Below are positions 1 through 17,229 of a stretch of DNA of 64,000 bases, piece after piece (position 1 is the stretch's first letter; every line of letters begins with the position of its first letter). Position numbers and translations under genes: made by a program. This DNA is from the human T2T-CHM13v2.0 reference genome, Homo sapiens: NCBI RefSeq assembly GCF_009914755.1, contig NC_060930.1; one strand, given 5' to 3'. The notes beneath the pieces were generated by a model. The model was not told where the DNA came from. It saw only the letters and a program-made list of their open reading frames with translations, and did not search any database.

Positions 1-1004
1 TGATTAGTCTTGACCTTCTGAGAGAATATTTATGTTTTCATTTTCAAAAATGGAAGTAAGCTTTTAAGAATGAAATCGTATCTGGTGTGTAAAAAATTGT
101 TTTAAAGTTGATTAGTTTGACAGGATGATCAGGATTTGCAGGGGAAGGTAGGTCTTTTGAATCTTTCTTCCTACTTTGCGATAAGATTCCTGCTCTCTCC
201 TGTGCACCACAAGGCTTTTACTTACATTGACCAAAAGCAGTTGTGAATAAAGTCTCAATCTGTAGTTCAAATGGAAGTCACAGAGACCAGGACACCTTTC
301 ATGGATGTTGGCCAAGCTAGGTCAGCGTATGTTGTATATGGTGTAGCTGTCTGAAAAGATTGGAATCACCAAAATTAGTAAAGAAAAAGAGTTCATTTGA
401 CTTCAGGAGTTGATAGTGAGGCAGTGAGGTCAAACATGCATGTGTGTTTTGACAATAATAGCCTATCTTAAATGCTCTTTTTCCTGTGAGTTGCTGAGAA
501 TATTATTTATTCATTTGCCCCAGCAGCAGTGTGGAGACCTCTCATGTGCTCTTCCTTTGAACTACTTTCAATTCCTGTGTACCAGAATAGCGTTTTTTTC
601 ATTCTTGCTGTGATATCTAAGAATCATAGACTGTTCCCTCGTGCTCTATAATGATTTTAACCACGGAGAATATTTTCATGGTATGTAGGCAACACTTTCT
701 TCGCATTGTTCTGGTTCACAGTTTTGGATAACTGTGATTCACAAAGCCAGGCCTCAAATGAATTCTTTTGTAAATAAGGAGTGATAGTTTTTATATTGTG
801 AGCACTCCTAGGTGGAACAGGACCAGCCTGGGGTCTTTTTTCAATTCAGATTCTTGAACCCAAACCACGAGATTATAATTTTCAATGTTTGGATGGAGAC
901 AGGAATCTTATGTTCCGAGAAGCTTCTTTTTGGAATGCAGGTGGATTTAGGAGCCTCTGGATACGCCCTTCTGTGTTTCAGACCCTTAGGCTCTGCGTGG
1001 AGGT

Positions 1005-1023
1005 GGGTGGGGGTGGGTTGGGG
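1005..1023 (+). other. G-quadruplex-forming motif
   Basis: GGG-T-GGGGG-T-GGG-TT-GGGG: four G-runs of at least 3 with 1-2 nt loops. Confidence 0.6.
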
Positions 1024-1489
1024 ATCTGCCTGGCGGAAGAGGAGCTCTCGGTGGACCAGACTGGTTCTTTCTGCAGGCTCCTTGACCACTGCTGGTTGTT
1101 AACTGAGTAATTCCAGGAAGGGAATATTAAAAACATCAGGTAGTTAGCTAAGGGCGTTGTAATTTCTGTTTTCTGTCTTTATTGCCTGGCATGTTTGTCC
1201 ACCAGAATGTAAGTGCTTTAAAGCTCAGATTCATTTTCTGGTCATTATTTTCCACAGCTCAAAATACTGCAATCGTTGCATAATTGTTGAGTTACTTTAA
1301 TGGAAGAGTGAATTACAGGAATGAATCTCCATTCCTGACTCCTTACTTACCTCGAGGTTCCTCCTCCCCTAAGCATTATGCCTCTTGCTGTTCTTTTTAC
1401 TCTTAGTTCCTCATCTGCTTACATGGTTTCAACTCTAGAATGGAGAATTTCACTGTTTCCCACACAAACTTAATTCTCTTCAGCCTTTT

Positions 1490-1702
1490 AAGCTGGGCAA
1501 GGTTTTGGGGTTCACGTTCTCTAGGAAGTCTGGGGAGGGCCTATTATGAGTCTAGATATGACTTTAAATCCAATTATAACCTCAAATAGAATTTTATGAA
1601 AATTTAAACAAGTACATATGAGCATATTTCAGAGGGAGAGAATCAAGAGCTTTCATCTGATTCTCAGAGGGATATAGGACCCAAAGCAAGTATTAAAAAC
1701 TG
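1490..1702. mobile_element. hAT-Charlie-type MER DNA transposon remnant
   Basis: agctttcatctgattctcagaggg...gacccaaag resembles a recalled Charlie-family terminus; boundaries approximate. Confidence 0.35.
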
Positions 1703-1849
1703 CATCGAGACCTTTGAACTAAGACTTATCTGTGGCTGCCCTCCACGGACCACTTTGACATTATTTTTGTTGAACTGTCCTCTGCCACAAATTACAGTAA
1801 AACCATATTAAAACCTCACTGATTGGGTTTAGAAGTTGTATGCTATTTC

Positions 1850-3200
<1,351 letters not shown>

Positions 3201-3564
3201 TTTTGGGTTGGGGGCAGTTACTGAGGCAGCTGGGATATTTTCCTTGTTTCCTACAATTGCTATATGGTATCACTGTTAATGAGAGTTATATTTTATTAAA
3301 GATCTAGTTAATTTGTAATGAGAGGGCCCTTTGGAGTCATGTTTGCTTTATTGCCAGAATCTGAAGAAACCTTCTTGATTTGGAATTTGTGACATGAGCA
3401 GGGATTGAGGCTTTGAACCAACACTTGAGATTTACCTAATGATATTGAAAATGCAAAACAGTAGTTTTCAAGAGGACTGTTTATGAAAATGGATTATAAT
3501 AGTTATAACGCAATTGCTTCTGAAGCAAAATGTTCAATGTCTTTGTTCGGCATGCCTTGATATA

Positions 3565-4248
3565 TAGTCTTGTACCACATAATGATACTTTGGTCTTACG
3601 ATGGTGGTCCCGTAAGATTATAATACCACATTTTTACTGTACCTTTTCTATGTTTAGATACACAAGTTGATATGGTTTGGCTGTGTCCTCACCCAGATCT
3701 CATTTGGAATTGTAGCTCCCATAATTCCCACGTACCATGGGAGGGACCCTGTGGGAGGTAGTTGAATCGTGGGGTGGATCTTTCCCTTGCTGTTCTCCTG
3801 ATAGTGAGTCTCATGAGATCTCATGGTTTGATAAAAAGGAGTTCCCCTGCACAAGCTCTCTTGCCTGCCACCATGTAACGTGTGACCTTGCTCCTCATTC
3901 ACCTTCCTCCATGATTGTGAGGCCCCCCCAGCCATGTGGAACTGAGTTAATTAAACTTGTTTCCTTTATAAATTACCCGGTCTCGGGTATGTCTTTATTA
4001 GCAATGTGAGAATGGACTAATACACAAGTCCTCACTATTGTGTTAAAATTGCCTACAGTGTTCAGTACAGTAACATCTGTACAGGTCTGTAGCCTGGAAG
4101 CAATAGGCTCTACCATACAGCCTAGGTGTGTAGTAGGCTACAACATTGATGTTTGTGTAAGTTCACTCTGTGAGGTTCGCACAGCAGTGAAATTGCCTAA
4201 CAACGCATTTCTGAGAACATATCACTGTAGTTAAGCAACGTGTGACCG
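3565..4248 (+). mobile_element. Tigger3a/MER7A DNA transposon, split by a THE1 LTR
   Basis: tagtcttgtaccacataatgat...gatggtggtcccgtaagattataatacc and aagcaacgtgtgaccg termini match recalled Tigger3a; TA dinucleotides at 3563-3564 and 4249-4250. Confidence 0.8.
3668..4024 (+). mobile_element. THE1 (ERVL-MaLR) solo LTR
   Basis: Starts tgatatggtttggctgtgtc, ends ggactaataca; 5-bp TSD caagt at 3663-3667 and 4025-4029. Confidence 0.92.
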
Positions 4249-6592
4249 TATAGTATACTTTCTTTTTTGTGGAGAGGTTAGCTTCAATATATCTAGAGAA
4301 TGTCTTTTATTTACTTTTTGTCTTATTTCCATTTGTAGTAGGCTCTCTGCTATGTGAAGTTTTCTTTGTTGGTAGCTTCCTAGTGTTTGTTGTTAAAACC
4401 CAACAATGTTGACTGCACATCATGAATGTTCTTTGGTTAAAATGTATCCGTTTTTCACTTGTACCCATTTTTCATTAGTAGTTTACTGTTTAGGAATTCA
4501 AGGCATCACATAGTTGCACACAGAAGCTTTTCTTATTTTATTAATAGCATGTAACTAATGTGGATATCCCAGCTCTTTAGTGTATCTCAGAACCAGGACA
4601 AAAAAAGTCATCTTAGTTTGCAAAAAGATGCACCACCCCATGCACACTGGACAACAGCTCTGGGTCTCTCTTGGAGACTGTTGACATTTCCTTTAGGCAT
4701 TATGTACTTGGACTTGACTGGCACCTTTAGCATGTTAGAAACAGGTTATTTGGTAAAGGAAAAGGCTCTGCCAGAGGCAGGTGAATTGACGTTAATAAGT
4801 TTGTTCATGAAGTTCGCTGAAGAGGGTAGCTGGTGATGGCACTCCAAGTCTTGAGGTGACAGGCTCCGTGGGGCCAGTCCTGCGCCCCTTAGAGCAAGTG
4901 AAGGGCATGCTTATGAAAGAAAAGGCATATGTTGCAAAGAGCTATCAAGAAGAGTTTTTAAAAAGTGTTGCTATGTAAGTGTAAGCGAAAAAATTAAGTC
5001 TACTTTTATGGTAAACTTAAACATAAATTTTATGGTCATTTCCACCCAAGTTCTCCAGACGGCAGAGGAGTCAGCAGGAATTCTCCTAAGGAGGTGGAGG
5101 TGGGAGGGAGGAGGAAATGGCCTTTGCAAGCCTGACCTGTTGTTTGAAATCTCAAGTTACCTTACATGTTTTATGATATTAACCATGTAGTCCATACAAT
5201 TTTTGGGATTCAATATGAAATATTTTAAACATATTTACCAAGGAGCTCTTCTCCAGAGATCCTTGATTTAGGCTGATGTTTCAGGAAGCTGAGCTGTGGA
5301 TTAGTGGCCCTGTGTGCCCTTGGTCTCTTGCTGTGTGTGTGTACTCTGGCTTCAGAAGCAGAGACGGACTGTGTTACCTTCCATAATGATGCCGGGTAAA
5401 GGAGGCATTAGCTGATCTGGTGAAATGTAAATAAGATTTGAATTAAGTAGTTCAAAAAAAATTTAAAAAGTTTGTTTTAGTAATTGTTTTTAACCAATAA
5501 AGATTAAAAATACTTGTTTTCTGTCTGCAGTCATCTTACTGCTAGGGGTTCAAGAGAAGGTGCACTAGTAGTTTTTATCTCGAGTCTCGCTGTTTATTCT
5601 CTGTACTTTAAAAAAGTGACTGTGCTGTTGCCTTGAGCTGGTTGTGGGAGCATTTGTAGGGTCCCTGTTGGAATGAGGACCAATCTGCTTCATAACTCCT
5701 CTCTGTCTATGGGCTAGACCAAAGTACCCTTGGAGAACTCCATGTCTTCCAGGAAGTTTCCACCCTTTTTCTCCTCCCTCTTTCCTGAGTGTTATTGTCT
5801 GCATGTCCAGCTGTGTCCCTCTAACCTGATTTTCAGCCATCTGCCAGGTCCCTCGAGTTGAGGCTTCACTCCTCCTGTCCTGATTCTTGACCCTGGCTTC
5901 TGCACTTGCTGGTGGCCCTGCAGAGCTCTGGCCTGGGAAGTAGAAGAATGGCTGCCCACTTGTGTTTGTGTTACCTGGCTTTTCATCTGCACAGTCCAGA
6001 GGGAAGTTCTCAACTGTCTTACACCCCAGGCACGTGAGGTAGAGTGTAGCCAACTCTCCCAGCAGGACAGACTTCTGGGATTCTTAGTCCTCTAACTTCT
6101 CTCTCATATGCAGATGAGCTTTTGAACTTAAAGCAAGAGGCGAGTGATTATTTTATTAGCACCTTTAGGGATGCAAAGAAGTAGGAGTGTGTGTTTGAGG
6201 GGAGGTGCTAACTAGACTGATTCGTTGTGCCCTTCCTTCAGAGTGCACCTAGACGAGTCAGAGTCAGAGTTTCCCCAGAATCATTTGGCACGCCATCCTG
6301 CGACACCACTGGTTTCTGCTCGTAAATGAGCTTTTTGAAAAAATCTTGATTCGGTTGATAGATACATATCTAAATGTGCATTCCTCAGTCCTTCCTAAGT
6401 AGCTCTAGATTGGGGCTGCTTAAAAATGAAGAGGCTGCAGTGACTGTATAGAGTATGTTGAAAAGATCATGGAAATGAGGTCCTGTGGAAGTGCGTGCTC
6501 ATACCTTGGCAGAAGTTCAGTGCTGAGACCAGACACATTCAGCTTGCCCAGGAACCTAACGAAAGTCAACAGAAAAGAAATCGTGGGTCTGA

Positions 6593-7114
<522 letters not shown>

Positions 7115-7153
7115 TGACTTGGGGTTTGGTGAACTGTTTAAAAAGGCTTTTCA

Positions 7154-7449
7154 GGCTGGGTGTAGTGGCTGGCGCCTGTAATCCCAGAACTTCGGGAGGC
7201 CAAGGCAGGAGGATCACTTGAGGCCAGGAGTTCAAGACCAGCCTGGCCAATATGGTAAAACCGCGTTTCTGCTAAACAAAAATTTAGCCAAGTGTGGTGG
7301 TGCCTGTAGTCACAAGTACTCGGGAGGCTGAGGCAGGAGAATCACTTGAACCCAGGAGGTGGAGTTAGCAGTGAGCCGAGATCACCTCACTGCACTCCAG
7401 CCTGGGTGACAGAGTGAGACTCTGTCAAAAAAAAAAAAAAAAAAAAAAA
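7154..7449 (+). mobile_element. Alu
   Basis: ggctgggtgtagtggct...poly-A; TSD aaaaggcttttca on both sides. Confidence 0.95.
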
Positions 7450-7825
7450 GGCTTTTCAGTAGTGGAGCAGGTCTCTGTGAAGAAAAGTGCTTCCCTTAGA
7501 GTTTGAAAAGGAACCCTTGGGGCAAATAAGGACGTCCCTAGGCCCTGAAGGTGGGTCAGGAACTCTCAAAGATTGAAACACCACCCCTCCCCCACCATAT
7601 TCCTGAGCCCTCACTCTCCTGGGTCACTGGGGTGGGAACTGTAAGGATGGAAATTCCAATCCTTTCTGTGCTTCCCCACCACCATTCGGCAGCAGAAGTG
7701 TGTAATTCATATCTAGTGTGACCCGTGTTTCTCCGGAATTTGTGGTCTGCCTGTCGAACAGCCAGCCCCCTTCCCACCCCACCTGTTAGGATCCCCGCAG
7801 GCTTTGCTCTGCTGTTCTGGGATGA

Positions 7826-8320
<495 letters not shown>

Positions 8321-10736
8321 GCTCCTGGGTTTCAGTTGCGCTTCTCTCCCCTAGTGGTGTCTCTGGGCACGGTGGGCCCTCCGCACCACATCTGTCTTGC
8401 TGGGCCGGTTTTATTTCTGTTTCCCTGGCCCTGGCAGCCTCCCCGCCCTAGGCATCTCCCCCACTCCCAGTGGGCAGGAACTCCAGTGATTCAAACTTAA
8501 ATGGCTGCTACCCAGTACAGTCCTTGAGGAGCTCTGCAGTGCTCTGTGAGCTTTTGAGGGGCCATGTGCATCAGAAAGCACCTGCCACTAAAAATTGTTG
8601 TAGAATCAGTTATCTGAACTCTGGGTTCAGCGTTGTTCCCAAATGACTTTGCTCTGTTTCCCTAGCTCTCCTGCCTTTGGCCCTATCTGGCTCTTTCCCA
8701 CCTACTCTGGGTGTTACTCTTCTCACCTGCCCCTGGGTAGGGCCCCCGCAGCACTCCATGGAGTAATGGGGAGTTGAACCATTCAGAGAAGTGTAGTTTC
8801 CTGTTCTTAATGAAAGACATCAGGTGAACAATAAAATCCTCCTGTTCCTCTAAAACAAATCGCCTTTCAGACGACAGAAAGCTGCCCTTTATGCCTTTGT
8901 GCTCCCCCTTCCCTGTGGGTTATTTGTCCTTGCTGGAGAATGGGTTTTCTCTCCTGCTGTACATCATTGAGGACATCATCCTGTCAGGGTTTTGCTAGGC
9001 TGGTGTTGTGTGGATATTGATAATGATAAAAAGCAACAAGCATATAGGAAGATTTGCTGTTCTCCTCAGTTATCTCTTTTGGATATATGCTGTATTAGCA
9101 AGAAGCTATTTACTCTTTCAGTAAGTGTTTGTTAAGGGTGGTGGTATTTGAAAGCCTTGAGTTTATAAAGTACTAATGAAACCTTTTAAATACGAAGACA
9201 GCTTTTTACTTAACAAATGTATAGTGAGCAGTTAACAATGGGACTTAATACTATGTGTAAGTGACCTTTTGCATGCTGTATAAAAGCTTGTCAGAGTTCA
9301 GGAGGTGTTACTGCTGTGGTTTTGGGTTTGCTTGAGAACATTAGATGTTATTTTTCTCCAAGACACATACTAGTGACCTTAACAACAACAAACTCATTTT
9401 TCTTGGTATGAGGACTAGAGTTAGGAGAATTTCTGAAGCGCTTTTGGAAAGTAGGCGGACATTTGAGTTCCTCATCTGCCTTTTCCCCTGGTCATCATAC
9501 ATGGGATCATTAAGCAGAACACAGAGCAGACTTGACTAAAGCAATGACATTTTGTAATGTAGCTTATGGAAGTAGAATAGGAAGGCTCAGCTAATTACCT
9601 GTAATTTCAAAGGCAGCCAGTAGGTTTCCTGTGTACAGCACCTTGGAAATCTTTTGTATGGACCCAAAAATGAGTGACTAATTACAGAATAGAAAATGAA
9701 TAAGCTTTGTACGAGGTTAAGCAAATTTGCAGGAAGAATGTATTTAATGCATCATCATGGAAAGCAATTTTTGACTGTCATCAACGATTTCAAGTTAAGC
9801 AAGTATCTGTAATGAAGCACAAAAGATTGATAAAAACAGAGAAAATATCAGAGATTGGATTTGTCCAAGTAGGCTAACTGAAAATTTGGTCCAACAAACA
9901 TCAGCAAGTGCTCACTTTGGAAGAGAATTTGAGTTTTTAAAAAATTAGACCCCAAAGGTAGGTACAAACTGATGATTTAATATCTGTTATTAGTGTTTCT
10001 TAGAGAAACAGAACGAAGTGTAACGTCTTTGGAGAATACATTAAGGGAGGAAGCTTTCCAAAACCCAACATGAAGACTCATATACAGTGGCCAGCATTGA
10101 CATTCCTAAGAATCAAGAAAGCATCATATGATCTTTGTCATCAATACCACTGTTCACTGTATAACCGATTCCATAGGCTCAGAGAGATGTGGAAATCAGG
10201 ATGTTTTGAGAATCAGTGAGGTGGAGGGAACAGGGCTGGGCCCTAGTGATGAAATTTTTAACGAAGACCTTTCATTTTGTGTGTGAGAAACCACTTTTGA
10301 TTTACAATGTATCATCAACCTCACTCTCTAGACTTCTAGTACTGAAGTACTTTAGTTCACGTCAAAATCTGTTTCTCAATTAGGGAGTGAAGATTTGGCA
10401 CCATAGAGCATATTCAAAAAACTGTGTTGGAGGGCAGTCCTAAAAGAGAAAAAGTTCTGAGGATATTCTGTGTTGTCAACAGCTTCTTTGAACTGAGAGT
10501 TTGGCCTCTGACGTCTTGGCTTGAACTAGCTGACATCCACTTGGCAGACAGGCCCTCTGAATTTCTAGCATTTACATGGTCTCATTACCTTAGTGTGGGA
10601 CGTATATAATTTAAGGGCCCTGTGCGTGTTTACTGAGCAAAGAAACATCAAAGAAAGAAAAAAAAAAAGTCCCATGCCCTACCACCCTGGTCTAACTACT
10701 ACGAACCACAGAAGACCATTCTGGACAGAAGAGTAG

Positions 10737-11138
<402 letters not shown>

Positions 11139-11379
11139 AGGAATTGTAGAATTTTATATGAAAACATTTTACATCATTGGATCACTTTTATTTTGCCTTT
11201 TCCTTGTTGATTTGTTGGAGATCTTGGTATATAATAGATTCTAATCTTTGCTACTATATACGTTGGAAATATCTTCTGATATATGGCTTTGTCCTTTTTA
11301 AAATCAATAATACATTTATGTTTCACTTGCCAAATTAAATCTGACATTTTAATGTAGTCAAATTTTTATTTAAAAAAAA

Positions 11380-11773
<394 letters not shown>

Positions 11774-12169
11774 TGAACTTTCACTTACCTATAGTTTGTT
11801 TTTACAGTGTAGCCTGAGCTTGGGGTTCAACTTATTTTTAAAATGTGGATAATCCATAGGCACTGTTTAGTAAATAGACCATCTCTCCCCATTATTTGCC
11901 ACCTCTGTCATAGATGTTTCCATCCATGTGTAGGGCAGTTTCTTCTGTTCAATTGGTATTTGTCTTTCCTGATTCATACCATGCTGGCTTGACTAGCATG
12001 GCTTTATGTAAGTCTTGGAAACTCGTCCTTCCAGGTATCTTCATTGTGTTCTTTTTTTCTGGCAAATTTCTCTCCTCATGGTGGTGTGCTCTTCCATCTA
12101 CACCCTGGAATCATCATGTTGATTACGTGAGAAACCCTGTTGAACTGGGGTTGGTACTGCATCGCGTTC

Positions 12170-13640
12170 ATGGATTAATCTGTGGCACTGGAGATATAGC
12201 AGCGGGCATGACCGCTCAGCCACTGCCCGCCCACCTTCAAGGAGCTTTTATTCTAGTGGTGGCAACAGTCTAGTGAGAATCGGAGTGCTAGTGGCTGGTG
12301 GGGGTGGTGTTATTTTTAGGTGAAGCAATCAGGGAGAGCTTCATTGATAGGGTAACATTTGGGACTGGGGTTGGAGTGAGGCCGGCAGGAGGCCAGTGTC
12401 TCTGGAAACCAAGGGAGAGAATGGCGGATGAGGTTGGGGGTACTTGTAGGACTTCATAAATGTGCTAAGAAGTACTTTGAGTTTTATTTGTAGTAAGATG
12501 GGAAGCCATGAAGGAATGATGTAATAAAATTAAATTATTTTAAAGTTTATGCCAGATGCTATCTGGGCAACTGGAGGGAGACTTAGAAGGAAGCCGGGAG
12601 ACCAACTAGGAGGCTGGCAGGATAATCCAGGCAAAGGATGATGGTGGTTTGAAACCCAGGTGGTGACATTGGGAGGTAGTAAGGAGTGATTGCATTTCGG
12701 GGATATTTTGAAGGTATTGCTGAGCAGGATTTACCCATGGATGGATATCGGATATGAGGGAATGAGAAGGAATAGAAGGGACCTGGAGTTTTTGGGGTTG
12801 AGTAACTAGAGTGGACTTGCCATTTACTGAGATGGGGGTTCATGTGTAGGGTGCAGCTTTGACTTTATTGCCCTGGAGGGCTGGTGGGTATTTAGGAGTT
12901 GGATTTTAGATGTGTCGAGTTTGAGATCCCTTTTAGACATCTAGTGGGAGCGGCTGGGCAGCTGTGAACTACACAGGATTATAGTTCAGGGCAGGAGAGA
13001 ATTTTAGGAGTTATCCATGTAGTACACTTGGTTCTTAGAGCCATGAGTGCATTTAATCATCCAGGAGGTAAGCATAAGTAGAGAAGAGATGTGAAGACTG
13101 AATCCTGGGGGCACTGTAGCCGTCATCACATAGAGCTTGCGGGGAGATAAGAGACACAGTAAAGAAGACTGAGAAGAGACGTGGCCAGAGGAGGAGGAGA
13201 ACCGAGAGATAGTGGTGCACTGGAAGAAAACCTCAAGGAGGGAACGAGCCCCACTGTGTTTGGTGCTGCTGAGGACTGAGAATTGACTGTTAGATTTGGC
13301 AGCGCGGAGGCCACTTGGCAGCAGCTCTTTCAGTGGAGTATGGAGACTGGAGTCTGGCATGGGCTCATGAGAGAATGGGAAGAGAGGATTTAGAGGTGGT
13401 GATTATGGGCGACTCCTCGGAAGGGTTTCATGGAAAGAGAACTGGGAGTGCCGGGCAGGCTCCGGGGTTTGTTTGCTTAAAGACAGAGGAATGATGGTAG
13501 TTGTGTGATGATGGGAAAGAGCTCGGGAAGGGGAGGGCCAGGAGAGAGAGAGTGCAGGGACAGTGGCTGGAATGATTTCCTGAGATGGCCAGAAGGGATT
13601 GCATCGAAGAGCATGGGGTGCATGTCCCTTACTCGTATCT
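12170..13640 (-). mobile_element. L2 LINE fragment
   Basis: Purine-rich text typical of antisense L2 (gggaagccatgaagg, ataatccaggcaaaggatgatggtgg, tttgagatccc); boundaries approximate. Confidence 0.7.
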
Positions 13641-14909
13641 CGTCTCTCTCAGTAATGTTTTGTTATGAACCTTTTGAAAGTTTTGCATAACCTTTCTTGA
13701 TTGATTCCTAGAAACTAGAGTTTTTGTTGTTGTTGTTGTTGGTCTCGTTGATGGAAAAGCAGTTGGTTAATGCCAGTACATAGAAAGGCTGTTTATGTAT
13801 ATCTGATCTTATATCTAGCAGACTTGTTAAACTGTCTTTGTATTTGAAAAACTGTAATTTCTTTTAGATTTATATGTAGACAATTATATCTTGTGCAAAT
13901 AGGGATAGTTTTTTTTTTCTTTTCGAACTCCTGCAGTACCTGTTATTTCTTGTACTGAATTGGCTAGGACCGTCAAGTACAACGTTGAATGTAAGTTGTA
14001 ACAACAAGCATTTTTGTTTTATTTCTAATTCCAAAAGAGTGGATCTGTAAAATTTTACTATTAAATAAAAGCTGTGAATATTTGTTAGATGCTCTTTTTT
14101 AAAAAAAAAAATCTGGTTAAAGTTTTATTACTAGCTTGTGAAGAGTTTTAAATCTTGGTTATTGAATATGTTTCTGCATTTATTGCAGATTGTTGTTTTA
14201 CCCTTATTTTTATTTTCTGATGTTGAGCCATCCTTACATTTCTGGGATAAATGTGACTCTGCTTAGTCACATGTATTATTTTGTGTATATTGCTACAGTT
14301 TTTTTCCTAATCATTGTTATAATTAGTCACATGAAAGAGAAAGACACAACTGAATATTTTTTTCTCTTCTCAGTTTTTAGAATTTTTGGAAATTCTGTTT
14401 TTTTCTGGTTTTGGCTTTACTTGCCTAAAAAATCATCTGAGCCTCTCTGCTGCCTTTTAGGATGGAAGGTGAACTATTTATTTTCCATCGAGAATTTGAT
14501 CTTATTGATTTATGAGTACTATTTCTTGAATCAATTATGGTTTAATGTCTTTTATATTAGAAGATTCTTAGGATACTTAAACATCTATACTGGCTCTGTG
14601 ATTCAGCATGCCTCATTCTTTTTGTACCTTTTCTCTTAGAGGTATTTCTTTTCTCTTTTTTTTTTTAAAGAATCAGTTTTTGTCTCGGTTCTTTCTGTTG
14701 CATCCTTGTCTTTCATTATTTCTGGTTCTTTATTTCCTTCTGCCTTTAGGTTATTTGGTTCTTTTTATAGCTCATTGAGTTGAACATTGAGCTCGTATTG
14801 TTCTTTCATGAACATTATCCTCTAAATGCAGCTTTTGCTGCATCCTGTAAGTTTAATTTCATTTTTTTCACTTTCAGATTTTTTTTCTGTTTATTTAAAA
14901 TACATTCAC

Positions 14910-15264
<355 letters not shown>

Positions 15265-16909
15265 TGATGTGAGAACATTTACATTTCTAAGGTGAAAAGT
15301 TTTTTTCTTGTGATTTTATAAAATATTTTATATTGGGATTAGATTTAAATATTTGTTCAGGGTTCATATATGTACATATATGTCAAATGTATTTTCTTTA
15401 TGAAGTATTTACTATACCCTTCATTGTTTTCTGGCCCGATCTTTTAATTAACTGGCACAAATGAGTTGGTTTCCTAAGATTATAGGTTTGCCAATAAATA
15501 TTTTGTATATTTTGAGCCTAGGCTTTAGATGTATACAAATTCATGATCGTTTATTGTATTAAGGTGTAGTGCCCATCACTTAATGAATTTTTCCCTTAAA
15601 ATGTGTTTATGTTGCTGTAATAACTAGTTTTGGATAGTATTTACTAGTTGAATCTTTTTCCTTCCCTTTTTATTTAAAAAAGTTTGGTTTTGTTTGGAAC
15701 TCTGTCTTGAGAGCACCATATAACTAGATTTTAACACTTCAGTAGTATCTTTTATCAGTTTAATGTGTTTAATTTTGTTATTACTATAATGTTTGGAATT
15801 CTTAGTGTTTGCTGTTTATCATTCTTCTTGGCTTACTTTTAGTGTTAGCACCTTGTTGGTATGAGAGATTTTTCTACATGGATTTGCTATTACTTTGCTG
15901 TGTTGAACTATACAGATTCTGTGTCTGACCTTGTGGTTGCCATTAGTTTCTTTGAATTCTGCTTATCTGTTATTTTGATTAAATTATTCAATAATTTCTC
16001 CTGGAATGTGACAAGGATATTGGCATTCTTCACCTTTTGAATGTATTCTCTCTCCTATTTGACATGTATCTAGAATTTTTAATTCTTTTCAGTGTACCAA
16101 AAATGAAATATGTATATTACTTTAATTTATATCCATCTTTCTTGAAGACACAATAAGGAAATTCACTGATTAACTCTTCATTCTAATCTGTAATCTTACC
16201 CTCCACTAGATTAATTTTAACTTTAGAAAACACATCAATAATACTTCTAAAAATCACAGGTTACTTAAATTTCCCGACATTTCATTTGAGAACTTACTGT
16301 TTTCTTTATTCCTTCTCTTCTACGTGGGCTGTTTTTTCTTCCTGAATTACATCTTTTTCTTTTCTTTTCATTTCTTTTTTTTTTTTTGAGATATAGTTCA
16401 CATACCGTAGAATTTCTCCTTTTAAAGTATGTAGTTCACTGGTTTTTAGTGTATTCACAAAGTTGTACAGCCGCCGCCACCACTATCTAATACCAGAACA
16501 TTTTTATCCTTTTGGAAAGAAACTCCATGCCCATTAGCTGTCAATTCCCATCTTACTCTAGACCCCTGGCAACCATGAATCCACTTTTTGTGTCTGTGAG
16601 TTTGTTTATCCTGTACATGTCATATAAATGGAAACATACATTTTGTGTCTGACTTCTTTCACTTAGCAGAATGTTTCCAAGGTTTGTGTTGCAGAATGTA
16701 TCGGTGACTCATTCCTTTTTGTAGCTGATTAATACCCCATTTTGTGGATACACTGTGACTTGTTTATCCATTCGTCACTTGGTGGGACATTTGAGTTGTT
16801 TCTACTTTTTGTCTATTATGAATATGAGCATTCATGTAGAAGTTTTAGTATGAACATGTATTTTCTGTGTTGTTGTTGTTGTTTGAGTATGATACCCAGG
16901 AGTGAACAT

Positions 16910-17229
<320 letters not shown>

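Noticed and set aside
124-147. 24-nt micro-exon (GATGATCAGGATTTGCAGGGGAAG/gtaggt)
   Set aside because: The donor is good but there is almost no polypyrimidine tract and the peptide is not recognised; cannot be supported without junction data.
5565-6053. 162-aa minus-strand ORF
   Set aside because: Non-ATG track start, no recognisable domain, and antisense to the inferred host.
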